Assembly (NCBI GenBank): GCA_038087875.1 | Contig: CM075995.1 | Coordinates: forward strand, 2,420,001 to 2,484,000 | Source of the DNA: Malacoraja senta | Lineage: Eukaryota | Direction of reading: 5' to 3' | Length of the DNA stretch: 64,000 nucleotides | Part shown: positions 24,903 to 36,225 of the stretch, piece by piece | How positions within the stretch are numbered: position 1 is the stretch's first letter | How the letters are laid out: the number at the start of each line of letters is the position of its first letter | Translations under genes and position numbers: made by a program | Notes under the pieces: generated by a model | Databases searched by the model: none | Told to the model about the DNA's origin: nothing | The model's input: the letters and a program-made list of their open reading frames with translations, nothing else

Positions 24903-25007
24903 TCTACAGTTTTCCCATGGATTGGGGTATTGAAGAGCACATCAATATTACTTATTTGTAACTTGAAATGTGCTCTTCAATACCACAATTCATGGGAAAT
25001 CTGCAGA
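24903..25007. repeat. Isolated inverted repeat (40-bp arms, 25-nt spacer)
   Basis: tctacagttttcccatggattggggtattgaagagcacat pairs with atgtgctcttcaataccacaattcatgggaaatctgcaga (4 differences). Confidence 0.85.
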
Positions 25008-25534
25008 CATCAAAAGATCATAAGACATAGGGGAAGAATTAGCCCATTCGGCCATCGAGTCTGTTCCACCATTCAATTATGGTTGATTTATTTTTCTCCT
25101 CCCAATCCCATTCTTCAGCAATCTTTGACACTCTTACTAATCAAGAACCCTTGCTATCAAGCTCGGCTTTAATAATGCCCATTTGGACTTGGCCTCCCCA
25201 GCCATCTGTCAAATGAATTTATAGATTCACCACCCTCTGGGTAAAGAAATTTCTCCTCATCTCCATTCTGAAGGTACATCCTTTTATTCTGATAGTGTGC
25301 CCTCTGGTCTTAGACTCTCCCACGAGTGGAAGCATCCTCTCCACATCCACTCTGCCGAGGCCTTTCGTTATTCGGTGGGTTTCAATGAGGTCCCCCGTCA
25401 TCATTGTATAATATTTCACTGTCGAACCAGCAGACAGGTACCACAGTGCTGATGTGGAATACTGTACACTCTCCTGTTGGTGCAGATGCCCTTGGTGACT
25501 TATGCTTTCTGGGTTAATTCTCAGAAATATTTAA

Positions 25535-25840
25535 TTTAGTTTCGTTTAGTTTGGAGATATAGCGCGGAAATAGGCCATTCCGCCCACCGAGTCTCTGCCG
25601 ACCAGCAATCCCCACACACACACACACGGGACAACTGTTTTACATTTATACCAAGCCAATTAACCTACAAACCTGTACGTCTTTGGTGTGTGGGTGGAAA
25701 CCGAAGATCTCGGAGAAAACCCACATGGTCACGGGGAGAACGTACAAACTCTGTACAGAGAAGCACCTGTAGTCAGGATCAAACGCGGGTCTCTGGCACT
25801 CTAAGGCAGCAACTCTACCGCTACACCACCGTGCTGCCCC
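25535..25840 (-). mobile_element. V-SINE (HE1-like)
   Basis: Full head to tail on the minus strand. Confidence 0.85.
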
Positions 25841-26339
25841 GTAATATTAAGCAAATCTTTTCAAAATAAATAATTTGGAAATTTTGCTGTCACTTGAAAT
25901 TCCATCCTTAAAACTGCCCATCCGTGTTTTCTGTGATTTGAGACATCTCGGTAGCTTGTTAGGCAGTTAGGGGTCACGGTAGTCGATGCAGGACTGGAGC
26001 GATGTACAGCTTGGGAGGTTTCCTTCCCAAAGGGAATTTCTGAAATAGTTGGGATTTCACGACCATCCTTTGTGAGGATGGTCTGGAGAGGCCCAGGAGC
26101 AAAATGCCACATCGTTTGTCTCTAAAGGGATGCTGTGCACTTGGCCACAAGATGGTGGCCTGGCCCTAGGATGACAGCTGTTACATTTGCCATTGGACTG
26201 CATCCATCTTTGAGCATGGTGTGTGCCATCTCTTCAGATGCATCTCAGTGCCCCTTGTTAAAGTATCGCCTTGTAAAAGGTGTAACGTACTACCCATTAT
26301 TCAGAGGGATATATTTGCAACCCACATCAGGTTAAGATT

Positions 26340-26707
26340 TCTGAAGAAGGGCTCCGATCCGAAACGCCACCCGTACTTTTTCTCCAGAGATGCTGTCTGA
26401 CCCGCTGAGTTTAATTCAGATTGGAGATACAGAGTTACAGTGCCCGAATAAGCTCTTCGGCCCACCAAGTCCGCACCGATCACCGCACATTAACTCTATC
26501 CTACACGCACTAGATACTATTTACATTTATACCAAGCCAATTAACCTACAAATCTGTACGTCTTTGGAGTGTGAAAGTTCTCGGAGAAAACCCACGCAGG
26601 TCACGGGGAGAACGTACAAACTCCGTTGTCAGTTCCGGGTCTCTGACGCTGAAACACAGCAACTCTACCGCTATGACACCATGTCGAGTTTTTACATTTT
26701 TATCTTT
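26340..26707. mobile_element. PLE pLTR fragment with a nested V-SINE and 17-bp TSD
   Basis: TSD cacatcaggttaagatt at 26323-26339 / 26708-26724; CTGAAGA..GAAAC core at about 26341; SINE (minus) at about 26410-26685. Confidence 0.75.
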
Positions 26708-27603
26708 CACATCAGGTTAAGATTGTAAAAACAATATGTAAACTAATTTATCATAAGTTCTAGGAGCAGAATTAAGCCATTTAGCCCATCAAGTGCCATT
26801 CAATCTACCTTTCCATCTCAACTCCATTCTCCGACCTTCTCCCCATAACCCCTGACCCCCTTACTAATCTGTCAAACTCCGCCTTAAAAATTTCTATTGA
26901 CTTGGCCTCCACAGCCATCTCTGGCAATGAATTCCATAGATTCACCACCCTCTGACTGAATAAATTCCTCCTCATCTCCTACCAAAAGGTACGCCTTTTT
27001 ATTCTGAGGCTATGGCCGCTGGTCGTAGACTCTCCCAATATTGGAAACATCCTCCCCACATCCACTCTACCCAGGCCTAGGTAAACAAAAAATATTGAAA
27101 AGGTGCCAATATTAAAGCAAATTTAGAAATTGACAGAAACTACCCCTGCGGTTTCAGTAATATGGGTGGATTTCAGTACAAATAATCAAATGTTTACAGG
27201 GAGAATGTAATGGGTGCTTTATAATCCAAGACATAAATAGGGTGGACAGTGGCATAGATTGGGGAGATGGTCAGAACCTTTTTCCCTGAGTAGAAATATC
27301 AAAGATTAGAGGACATAGCTTTAAGGTGAGAGGGGCACAGTTTAAAGGAGACGTGTGGGGCAAGTTTTCTTTACATAGGGTGGTGGGTGCTAGAACGCAC
27401 TGCCAAGGGTGGTGATGAAGGCAGAGCGTTTTAGATGGACATGCAGTGAATGGAGGGAGTTTGGAATCAAGTACACAGGACAAGATGTTAAGAATTCCCT
27501 TGTGCCAATAGGTGGGGAGCATTTCACGACATTCATTGATTGTTGAGAGTGGTAGACGTTCAACATCGGGGGGGGGGGGTAACCTTCAGGACAGTTGGGC
27601 ACA

Positions 27604-27679
27604 GGACACATCATCAGTAGTGTACCCTTGCATCACTGGGTGTTTCGGCCTTTTAACACTATACACCCTCCACAAGGGC
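27604..27679 (-). ncRNA. Predicted hammerhead ribozyme with non-canonical (pseudoknotted) strand order and a kink-turn, in the Hero 3' UTR
   Basis: CUGAUGA (27611-27617), GAAA (27643-27646), GUA site (27662-27664), perfect 6-bp stems I and III, weak stem II, consensus k-turn. Confidence 0.72.
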
Positions 27680-27736
27680 GGCCCGCTGCAGGATGATCAA
27701 CCCTCAGCGCGTCCCGTGTCAAACCGTCCCAAAGAT

Positions 27737-30700
27737 TCACCCCGACATACTTGGGGCCCAGCATGGGTCTTTCCGCTTGAGCCAAATCCACCGGCTGCTT
27801 CTTTCAGCCGCCTCTGAGAGTGATCTTATGGTCTTCCGCAGAGCCTGACCGTGGATTCCAAGCTCCTTCAGCAGTCTGATGGTAGATGACGCAACAAATC
27901 CTCTGCATCCCACTTCAACTGGATAGACTTTGGTGTTCCAGCCACGCTGCGTTGCCTCTGCTGCAAGCTCTGCGTAGCGCAGCTTCTTACGCTCATAGGC
28001 CTCCTCAACAGAGTTCTCCCATGGAATTGTGAGCTCTATGATGTAAGCAGTCTTCTGTGAAGGGGACCAGAACACCAAGTCTGGCCTGAGGTTGGTGGAA
28101 GCAATTTCAGGTGGAAAAATTAGTTGTCGGCCGATGTCCGCCAGCATCCTCCAGTCAAGGGCCCTGCATAGGTTTCCTTCTTCTGATCTGGTGGAAGGAA
28201 GTTTAGATGTTTTCTGTCCTTCTCGGACAAAGGTTGTTACCCTTGGGGGGGGGGGGGGGGGGAGTTGCTTGCTCTCGGAGGCAAGGAGTTGGTCGCACAC
28301 CGCCTGTTCTCAAGGGCTGATGCCAGGCTTTTTAGTACCTGATTATGCCGCCACGTGTATCTCCCTTGCGTGAGGCTGGTCTTGCAGCCTACCATGATGT
28401 GTTTGAGGGTCGCTGGAGTTGGGCAGATGGCACAGGTAGGATCCTCGCCGTACCACTGATGGAGGTTCTTTGGTGATGGAAGCACGTCATATGTCGCTCT
28501 GATGATGAAGCTGATCTTGCTTGCTTCCATTTCCCATAGTTCTTTCCAGCTGATCTTCCTCCGCTCCACACCTTCCCACTGCATCCATTGCCCCTATTTG
28601 GCAAGAGAGACCGCCTTTGCACTTCTTGCGGCCTCCTCCTGTCGCCGCACCTCTTCGACCACCAACGTCCTCCGCTCTGATGTTGTGGCCTTTCGCCAAG
28701 TTGGTTTACTTGTCGTAAGGCCAAAGCCTCCTCTTCCCTGCTGGACTTGCCCCACTATGTCTTTGTGCCTCAGGGCTGATGAAGCTTGCTGTACTGCATC
28801 AGATGGTGTCCACGTCCGGCCAGTTGCCAGGGGCGGCGCAACAGCACTGATGGTCTTGTCTCTAGAGTCCCTCAGTGTCATCTGGAGTCTTACTTTAGAA
28901 CACTTATATTCCTAGTTAGACGAGTGAGAGGTAGTTCCAGGACCCCTTTGCCATAGAGGCCGATGTTAGTTAGACATCGTGGGACACTGAGCCATTTCTT
29001 CGCGTATGAAGTTATGGTTCGCTCCATCTTCTCCACAGTTGTTATTGGGGCTTCATAAACGGTCAGTGGCCACATTGTCTGAGGAAGGAGTCCAAACTGT
29101 AGGCACCAGAGCTTCAGTTTCCCAGGCAGTAGGGTCTGATTGATGTTCTCCAGGCTGTTGACAATTTCTTGCCTTAGTTGTTGCACCTGCTCTTTGTCCT
29201 TGAGACTTGCGTTGTACCATCTGCCCAGGCTTTTAACTGGATGCTCAGACACTGTTGGTATTGGGTCATCACCGATACAGAACCTTGTTTCTCTAAGCAC
29301 CCCCTTGACTATGGAGATGCTTCGAGATTTACTTGGTTTGATTTTCATTCGGGCCCACTTGATGTTCTCCTGCAGCTTTCCAAGTAGCCGCTTGGTGCAT
29401 GCTGCAGTAGTGGTTAGTGTTGTCATGTCGTCCATGTATGCCCTGATGGGTGGCAGACGGAGCCCAGCCCTGGTTCGTTCACCGCCCACCACCCATTTTG
29501 AGGCCCTGATGAAGACTTCCATGGCCATTGTAAAGGCCAAGGGTGAGACTGTGCAGCCTGCCATGATGCCTACTTCCAAGGGCTGCCATGTTGTACTGAA
29601 GTCAGCTGTTGTGAAGCACAGCTGCAGGTCTTGGTAATATTTCTTGCCCAGTGTGGTGATGAGCTCTGGTACATGGAAAAAGGCAAAAGATTCCCGAAGG
29701 AGTTCATGGGGAACTGAACCAAATGCATTGGCCAGATCGAGGAAGATCACATGTAGGTCTCTCGTCCTTCTTAGCTGCTTGGATCTGGTGCCAGATCATG
29801 CTTGTATGCTCCAAGCAGCCTGAAAATCCTGGAATTCCTGCTTTCTGTACAGATGTATCAATGTACTTGTTTGTTACCAGATAGGTGGACAGCCTTTGTG
29901 ATACAATGCTGAAAAAGATTTTTCCCTCGACGTTGAGGAGACATATTGGCCGGAATTGGCTGATGTCTGACGCATCCTTTTCTTTAGGCATTAGCACGCC
30001 GCCGGCCCTTCGCCACGCCTTAGGTATTGTTTGCTTCTTCCACACCACCCTCATGAGCTTCCATAGAAAGCGTAACACATCCGGTGCGTTCTTATAGAGC
30101 TTGTATGGTACTCCGTTTGGCCCCGGAGCTGATGCTGCTCTTGCTCGCCGGACCGTGTTCTCCACCTCTTTCCATCTCGGAGGGCTGGTGTCCAGGTTGA
30201 ATTCAGGTGGTTGAATAGGCGGGATGTCATGTGGGATGACTAACTGCTCATGCCTTTTCGTGTCTTTGTGGGCCTTTTCCAGGTGTTCCTCCAATTCCTG
30301 TTTTGATGTTTTCAAAGTTCCACTTTTTTCCTTTGCGAAGAGGTCTTTGATGAACTTGAAAGGGTCTTTGTAGAACCGTGTTCTTGTGTGTTCTTTCTTC
30401 TTGCGAAGTTTCCTCAAGTTCTCTGTTTTTCGCAAGGTTGCCAATCGGTTCTTGATGTCCTCTTGGAGTAGCATGAGACCTTCTCTCTCTGCGTCAGTTG
30501 CTTTTTTCCATTGCTTTTTCAACTGTCTCCTCTCTCTGATTAGCCTCTCGATCTCCTGCTGCCTCCTGGACTTGATTGGTGTTGGTAATTTCTTTCCACC
30601 TCTCCCTTTACTCACCCCAAACCGTTCTTCTCCATAGCTGTAGATTGTGTTGCCCATCCTTTCAAGCTTTTCCACTGCTGTGCCCGCTTGTTGCTCCAAG

Positions 30701-31110
30701 ATATGTATAAGGTCACTGTTGACCGTCTCCCACTCTTTCTTTTCAACAGCTTTGGGCCATTTCACTCCAGGTTTGTGCCCTTTGATCTTTCCCTCCAATG
30801 GAGGTCTTTGTAGTTGTTGCGTGGGATCCTCCACCGGCATTTCTGTGCTTGTATCACCCTCTTTAGTGACATGGGTGCTGATGCTCTGCGAACTTTGGTT
30901 TGTGTCCCGTCGCTGTGCTTCACTCGACTGATTTGACTGGTTGCTTCGTAAGAAGTACTGGTCAATGCGAGGCCCATGTTTCTGCTCTCTCAAGCACTTT
31001 TTCTTCCCTTGGTGGATCTTCAAGCCCTTCACTGATGTTATTTTCTCCCAACCACAGATGCACACCTGAAGTTTGTGTCCCGCAGCTGTTGTGAATGTCT
31101 CATGTGCCAT
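27737..31110 (-). pseudogene. Hero-type RT-RLE polyprotein, broken by 3 frameshifts and 1 in-frame TAG
   Basis: N-terminal CxC..H..C finger (CICGWEKITSVKGLKIHQGKKKC); RT motifs APGPNG, FRPICLLN, FLDLANAFGSVPH, GIMAGCTVSP, AYMDD; CCHC CAICPTPATLKHIMVGC; RHNQV; RLE RPDLV..IIELTIPWE..RKKLRY. Breaks at about 29760, about 28910, TAG at 28594-28596, and the homopolymer at about 28245-28263. Confidence 0.9.
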
Positions 31111-31296
31111 GCTCTCCTTGTCAGTAGTCGTTTCCGTTCCTGGGTCTGTAACCGTGTTATCAATCGGTGAGCCATCTTGCGCCCCCCGCTCTCGCAGGCT
31201 CTAGGGGTATTCTCTTTAATTTACTTTTAGTAGCATTTAGCGGGTGTCTCCAACTAGCTGAAACAGCGTTGGGGACTGCTGTCATGGGTAGCTAGC

Positions 31297-31742
31297 TTAT
31301 TATCACGTGTACCAGTGAAAAGCTTTTGTTGCCTGCTGACCAGTGAGCGGAAAGACAATACATGATTATAATCGAGCCATCCACGGTGTACATGATAAAG
31401 GGAACATCGTGAATAATGTTTCTAGTGCAAGAGAAAGCCAGTAAAATCCGATCAAGGATAATCCGAGGGTCTCCAATGACATAGATAGTAGTTCAGCACT
31501 GCTCTCTGGTTGTGGTAGGATGATTCAGTTGCCTCATAACAGCTGGGACGAAACTGTCCCTGAATCTGGAGGTGTGTGTTTTCACACTTCTATATCTCTT
31601 GCCTGATGGAAGAGGGGAGAAGAGGGAGTGGCCAGGGTGCGACTTGTCCTTGATCATGCTGCTGGCCTTGCCGAGGCAGCGTGAGGTATAAATGGAGTCA
31701 ATGGAAGGGACGTTGGTTTGTGTGATGGTCTGGGCTGCGTCA
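31297..31742 (-). mobile_element. Rex1/Babar 3' fragment
   Basis: SIYTSRCLGKASSMIKDKSHPGHSLFSPLPSGKRYRS..RFRDSFVPAVMRQLN plus 3' UTR. Confidence 0.85.
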
Positions 31743-31972
31743 CGTGCAGGAAAGGAGAGTAGACTAACCTGGCATAATGTTTGGCACAGACATTGTGGGC
31801 CGAAGGGCCTGTTCCTGTGCAGTACTGTTCTGCATTCAAGGCAGAAATGCACGAAGAATTAATGCGATTTTAAAGTCATATTCCATATTCTCACACTTCC
31901 TAGAGAACTTTGCAGCTAAAGTATTTTTGAAAATCGCAAAACTATAGATGCTGGAAATCTAATATAAAAATA

Positions 31973-32295
31973 AAAAAAGATAGACACAATATGCTGGAGT
32001 CTGGAGAGAAGGAATGGGTGACGTTTCGGGTCGAGAAGGGTCTCGAGGCCTATAGATGCTGGAAATCTAATATAAAAATAGATACAGAAAGAAGATAGAC
32101 ATAAATAGCTGGAGTAACTCAGCGGGACAAGCAGCATCTCTGGAGAGAAGGAATGGGTGACATTTCGGCTCGTGAAGGGTCTGGAGAAATGTCACCCATT
32201 CCTTCTCTCCAGAGATGCTGCCTGTCCCGTTGAGTTACTCCAACTTTTTGTGTCTATATTCGGTTTAAACCAGCATCTGCAGTTCCTTCTTACAC
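31973..32295. mobile_element. Two PLE mini-inserts within an older PLE remnant
   Basis: 31-bp direct repeat at 31942-31972 / 32050-32080 around the first insert; the second (about 32090-32295) is palindromic. Confidence 0.7.
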
Positions 32296-32383
32296 ATACA
32301 AATAAAAAATGCTGACAAAACACCCTTTTTCTTTCCACAGATGCTGCTTCCACTGATTGCTTCCAGCATTTTCTGATTTAATT

Positions 32384-32475
32384 GAAGCATTTTTTTAAAT
32401 GTGGTCATTTTTTAAACATGGGACACAGAGCAACCAATCTGTACACAGTCAGGTCCCACAAACAGGAGTGATCTT
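32384..32475 (-). mobile_element. Ancient DeuSINE (SacSINE1/AmnSINE1-like) 3' remnant
   Basis: gcaaccaatctgtacacagtcaggtcccacaaacag resembles the reverse complement of the Deu-domain end (recalled, not aligned). Confidence 0.45.
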
Positions 32476-32609
32476 GTTCTCTAGGGCAAGACGCTGGATT
32501 GGGAATTTAATTCACATCGTCTGCCTAGAGGCAAGAGAATCACCATACAGACTGATTAATAAGTAGCTGACAAATAGAATTATGATTGATTCAAAAACAA
32601 AATTCTAAG

Positions 32610-33980
32610 ATTGTCTTATCTGATTGAGTTTTTTGAAGATCTAACCAAAAAAGTTGTTGAGGGTAGAGCTGTAGATGTTGTATATATGGACTTCAGCAAA
32701 GCATTCGACCAGGTTTCACATGGTAGGCTGTCCTGGAAGGTCAGATTGCATGGGATCTGTGGAGAGATAGCTGAATGGATAGAAAATTGGTTTCATGGAA
32801 GGAAGCAAAGGGTGATGGTGGAAGGTTGCTACTTGGACTGGAGCCATGTGACTAGTGGTGTGCCTCAGGGTTCGGTGCTGAGCCTGTTACTGTTTGACAT
32901 CGATATCAATGATTTGGATGAGAACGTACATGGTAAGATTAGCAAGTTTGCAGATGATACAAAAGTGGATAGTATTTCAGCTTAATCACGCCAATCAAGT
33001 TGGCATACTCGGCTAGTCCCCTTTGCCAAAATTTGGTCCATAGCCCTTTAAACACTTCCTATCCGTATATCTGTCCAAATGTCCGTTGAAGATGATATAA
33101 AAGTGGGTGGTATTTCAGAAAGTGAAGATGGTTGTGAAAAATTGCAGCAGGGTCTTGATCGGTTGGTCAGGTGCGCCAGAGAATGGTTGGTAGAATTTAA
33201 TGCAGAGAACTATTATACAGTGAGGTGTTGCTTTTTGGGAAGTCCAACATGGGCAAGACTATGTCGAGTGTTGTAGAGCAGAGGGATCTATGAGTGCAGG
33301 TGCATGATCCCTTGAAGGTGGAATCGCAGGTAGATCGGGTGATCAAAAAGCCTTTTAACACATTGGACTTCATCAGTCAGAGTATTGAGTATAGAAGTTG
33401 GGAGGTTATGTTGCAGTAATATAAGACATTGCTGAGGCCGCATTTAGAGTATTGTGTTCAATTCTGGGCGTGATGTTACAGGAAAGATGTTGTCAACTTG
33501 GAAAGGGTACAGAGAAGATTTACAAGGATGTTGCCAGGACTCGAGAGTCTGAACTAGGTTGAGCAGGCTGGGACTCTATTCCTTGGAGCGCAGGAGGATG
33601 ACGGATGATTTTATAGAGATGTATAAAATCATGAGAGGTATACATCGGGTAGACGCACAGAGTCTCTTACCCAGAGTAAGGGAATTGAGAACCAGAGGAC
33701 AAAGATTTAAGATGAAGGAGGAAAGATTTAATAGGAACCTGAGGGTTAACATTTTCACACAAAGGGAGGTGGGTGTATGGAGCTGTCAGAGGAGATAGTT
33801 GAGGCAAGGACTATTGCAATGTTTAAGAAACAATTAGACAGGTACATGGATAGGACATGTTTGGAGGGATATGGGTCAAACGCAGTTAGGTGGGACTTGT
33901 GTAGCTGGGACATGTTGGTCGGCGTGGGCAAGATGGGCCGATGGGCCTGTTTCCACGCTGCATAACTCTATGACTATGAC
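32610..33980 (+). mobile_element. Degenerate CR1 LINE (RT domain to 3' tail)
   Basis: VDVVYMDFSKAFDQVSH, GVPQGSVL, KFADDTK; (ACTCTATG/ACTATG) tail. Confidence 0.9.
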
Positions 33981-34259
33981 TTATGAAAATACAAAATAAA
34001 ATGTATTCTAAATTGTGCAACTTTCACAGTTTACACTAGCACAGTAAAACAAAATCCACTAGCTAATATATCAAACAAAGTACTGTCATGGAAACAGCAC
34101 CAAATAAAGAAAAGTATTTTGGAGGTGATCTACACACCCTTGATATATTTGAAACTTGTTTGGCAGAAATGTGAACATGTGAAGTAAGTTTGCTCACAGC
34201 CATCAGAAGTCAGCAATTGTTAAGTGGCATCATTATGACAAGATATCGCACTTTCAACT

Positions 34260-34615
34260 GATAGAAACATAAAAAATAGGTGTAGGAGTTGGCCATTCGG
34301 CCCTTCGAGACGCACCGCCACTCAATATGATCATGGCTGAACCTCCAAATTCAGTACCTCTTTCTCACCATATCCCTTGATTCCGTTAGCCCTAAGAGCT
34401 ATATCTAATTCTCTCTTGAATATATCCAGTGAATTGGCCTCCACTGCCTTCTATGGCAGAGATTCCACAACTCTCTGGGTGAAAATGTTTTTCCTCATCT
34501 CAGTCCTAAATGGCCTACCCCTTATTCTAAAACTGTGACCCCTGGTTCTGGACTCCCCCAACATCGGGGACATTTTTCCTGCATCTCGACTGTCCAATCC
34601 CTTAAGAATATTGAT
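34260..34615 (-). mobile_element. CR1 3' fragment
   Basis: ESRTRGHSFRIRGRPFRTEMRK frame. Confidence 0.82.
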
Positions 34616-34671
34616 GTACCATTCTTTTTTTGGGTATTGAGTTGGTTTGCTTATAAAAGTGTTCTGTTGAG

Positions 34672-34745
34672 AACAGTGATCGTGATAGAGATTCAAAGTG
34701 ATCTTGACAACAGTGATTGTGATAGAGATTCAAAGTGATCTTGAC
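34672..34745. repeat. 37-bp tandem duplication
   Basis: aacagtgatYgtgatagagattcaaagtgatcttgac twice, 1 mismatch. Confidence 0.9.
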
Positions 34746-35159
34746 ATCCTTTGTTTCTAACGTACACTACGTACGCCATGAAATACAAACCATGGTCTTA
34801 ACTTTGACACATTTTCAAACTTCTATCCTGCTTCCCAGACCATCACGGATACTGATTTCCTCACCGTCGAAGGGATCTGCAAGAGTCGTTGCCTCAAAAA
34901 GGCAGTCAGCATCAACAGAGACACACACCACCCTGGCCACACACTCATTTCACTCCATCGGGGAGAAGGTACAGGAGCCTGAAAACTGTAACGTCCAGGT
35001 TCAGGAGCAGCTTCTTCCCAACAACCATCAGGCTATTAAATAGTACAACCTCCAAATAGGCTCAGAGCAATAAAAAACTTGGGGGTATTATTCTTTTTAC
35101 ATTGCACTATTATTGTCTGTTTATTTATTTGTTTTATATTATGTAAATTTATATATATC

Positions 35160-35295
35160 TATGGCGTTCACTCCAACTTGGGGTTGAGTGGTGCCATCTG
35201 CTTCATGATGTCCTGCCACTCTCTTCTGTCCTTAGCTGGCTGGCTAGCTCTGACCAGAGAGTTGATGTTCTTTCTGACTGTTGATGTTGACTGCC

Positions 35296-35298
<3 letters not shown>
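35160..35298 (-). mobile_element. RTE-like LINE extreme 3' end embedded in (TA)n
   Basis: AKDRREWQDIM resembles the A.DR..W C-terminal motif of RTE proteins; TA repeats on both sides. Confidence 0.45.
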
Positions 35299-35338
<40 letters not shown>

Positions 35339-36225
35339 TAGACACAAAATGCTGGAGTAACTCAGTGGGACAGGCAGCATCTCTGGAGAGAATGGGTGGC
35401 GTTTCAGGTCGAGACCCTTCTTCAGACTGAAGTCAGGGGAGTGGGTGGGACAGGGATAGAATGTAGTCGGAGACAGTAAGATTAGTGGGAGAACTTGGAA
35501 GGGGGAGGGGATGGAGAGGGAAAGCAAGGGCTATATATATATATATATATATACACGTACACACACACACACACATATTATATATATATATAGATACTGC
35601 ACTATTTTGTTGTTCATTATGGGTTTTACAGAGTACTAGGTTTCCTGTTGTGCTGCTGCAAGTAAGAATTTCATCATTCCGTGTTTCGGGACATATGACA
35701 ATAAAAATGGTAGAAGTGGTCAGTAATAGGCTGACATGACGGATAGGCATTGAATGTATAGTTTGCATCCCCAAGTTTCAAAGTTCTACAATTGTTGGTT
35801 GTGCCTTTTGCTCTTCGACCTAAGGTTCAGAATTCCCTCCTTAAGTCTCATCATAGCTTCCTCTTCCTTTTTACACGCTCTTAAAACCTTGCTCTCACAT
35901 CATTTGTTGATTCGACAGAAAACTTCTTGTTTGATCACGCTCCTTTGAAGTAGTGCAGGCCATTTTACCGCAGTAAAAGAACCACATAAATAGAAGCAGT
36001 TGTTTTCTTTTTAACTGGAAGAGAAGATTTGAATTTCCATTCCTAAAGAGGCACATAAATAATTTGAAATTTGTGGTCTCCCACTTCTGGCACTGCACAA
36101 TATCACTGAAAGGAATTCGGTACTGACAGCAATTGCTGAAAGCAAATTACCTGCTACTTTTGATGTTGCTCGCTAAGCTTTTCTGCTGCTTCCCAGAGCA
36201 GGGATCAGGGTGTTCAGCCTCATTT

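Larger units (their letters stand above)
27530..31296 (-). mobile_element. Near-full-length Hero-clade non-LTR retrotransposon (single ORF: zinc finger, RT, CCHC, restriction-like endonuclease)
   Basis: Five consecutive minus-strand ORF pieces assemble into one R2-group-type protein of about 1150 aa. The ends are approximate and no TSD was seen. Confidence 0.88.

Noticed and set aside
27604..27650. Canonical type II hammerhead using GGGUA (27623-27627) as the cleavage strand
   Set aside because: Stem III would need a bulge and only 5 nt remain before CUGAUGA, so stem I cannot form. The X-Z-Y fold gives two perfect stems.
31230..31296. HDV-like ribozyme at the Hero 5' end
   Set aside because: P1-like and J4/2-like pieces exist, but no P3/L3/P1.1 of the right geometry could be built.
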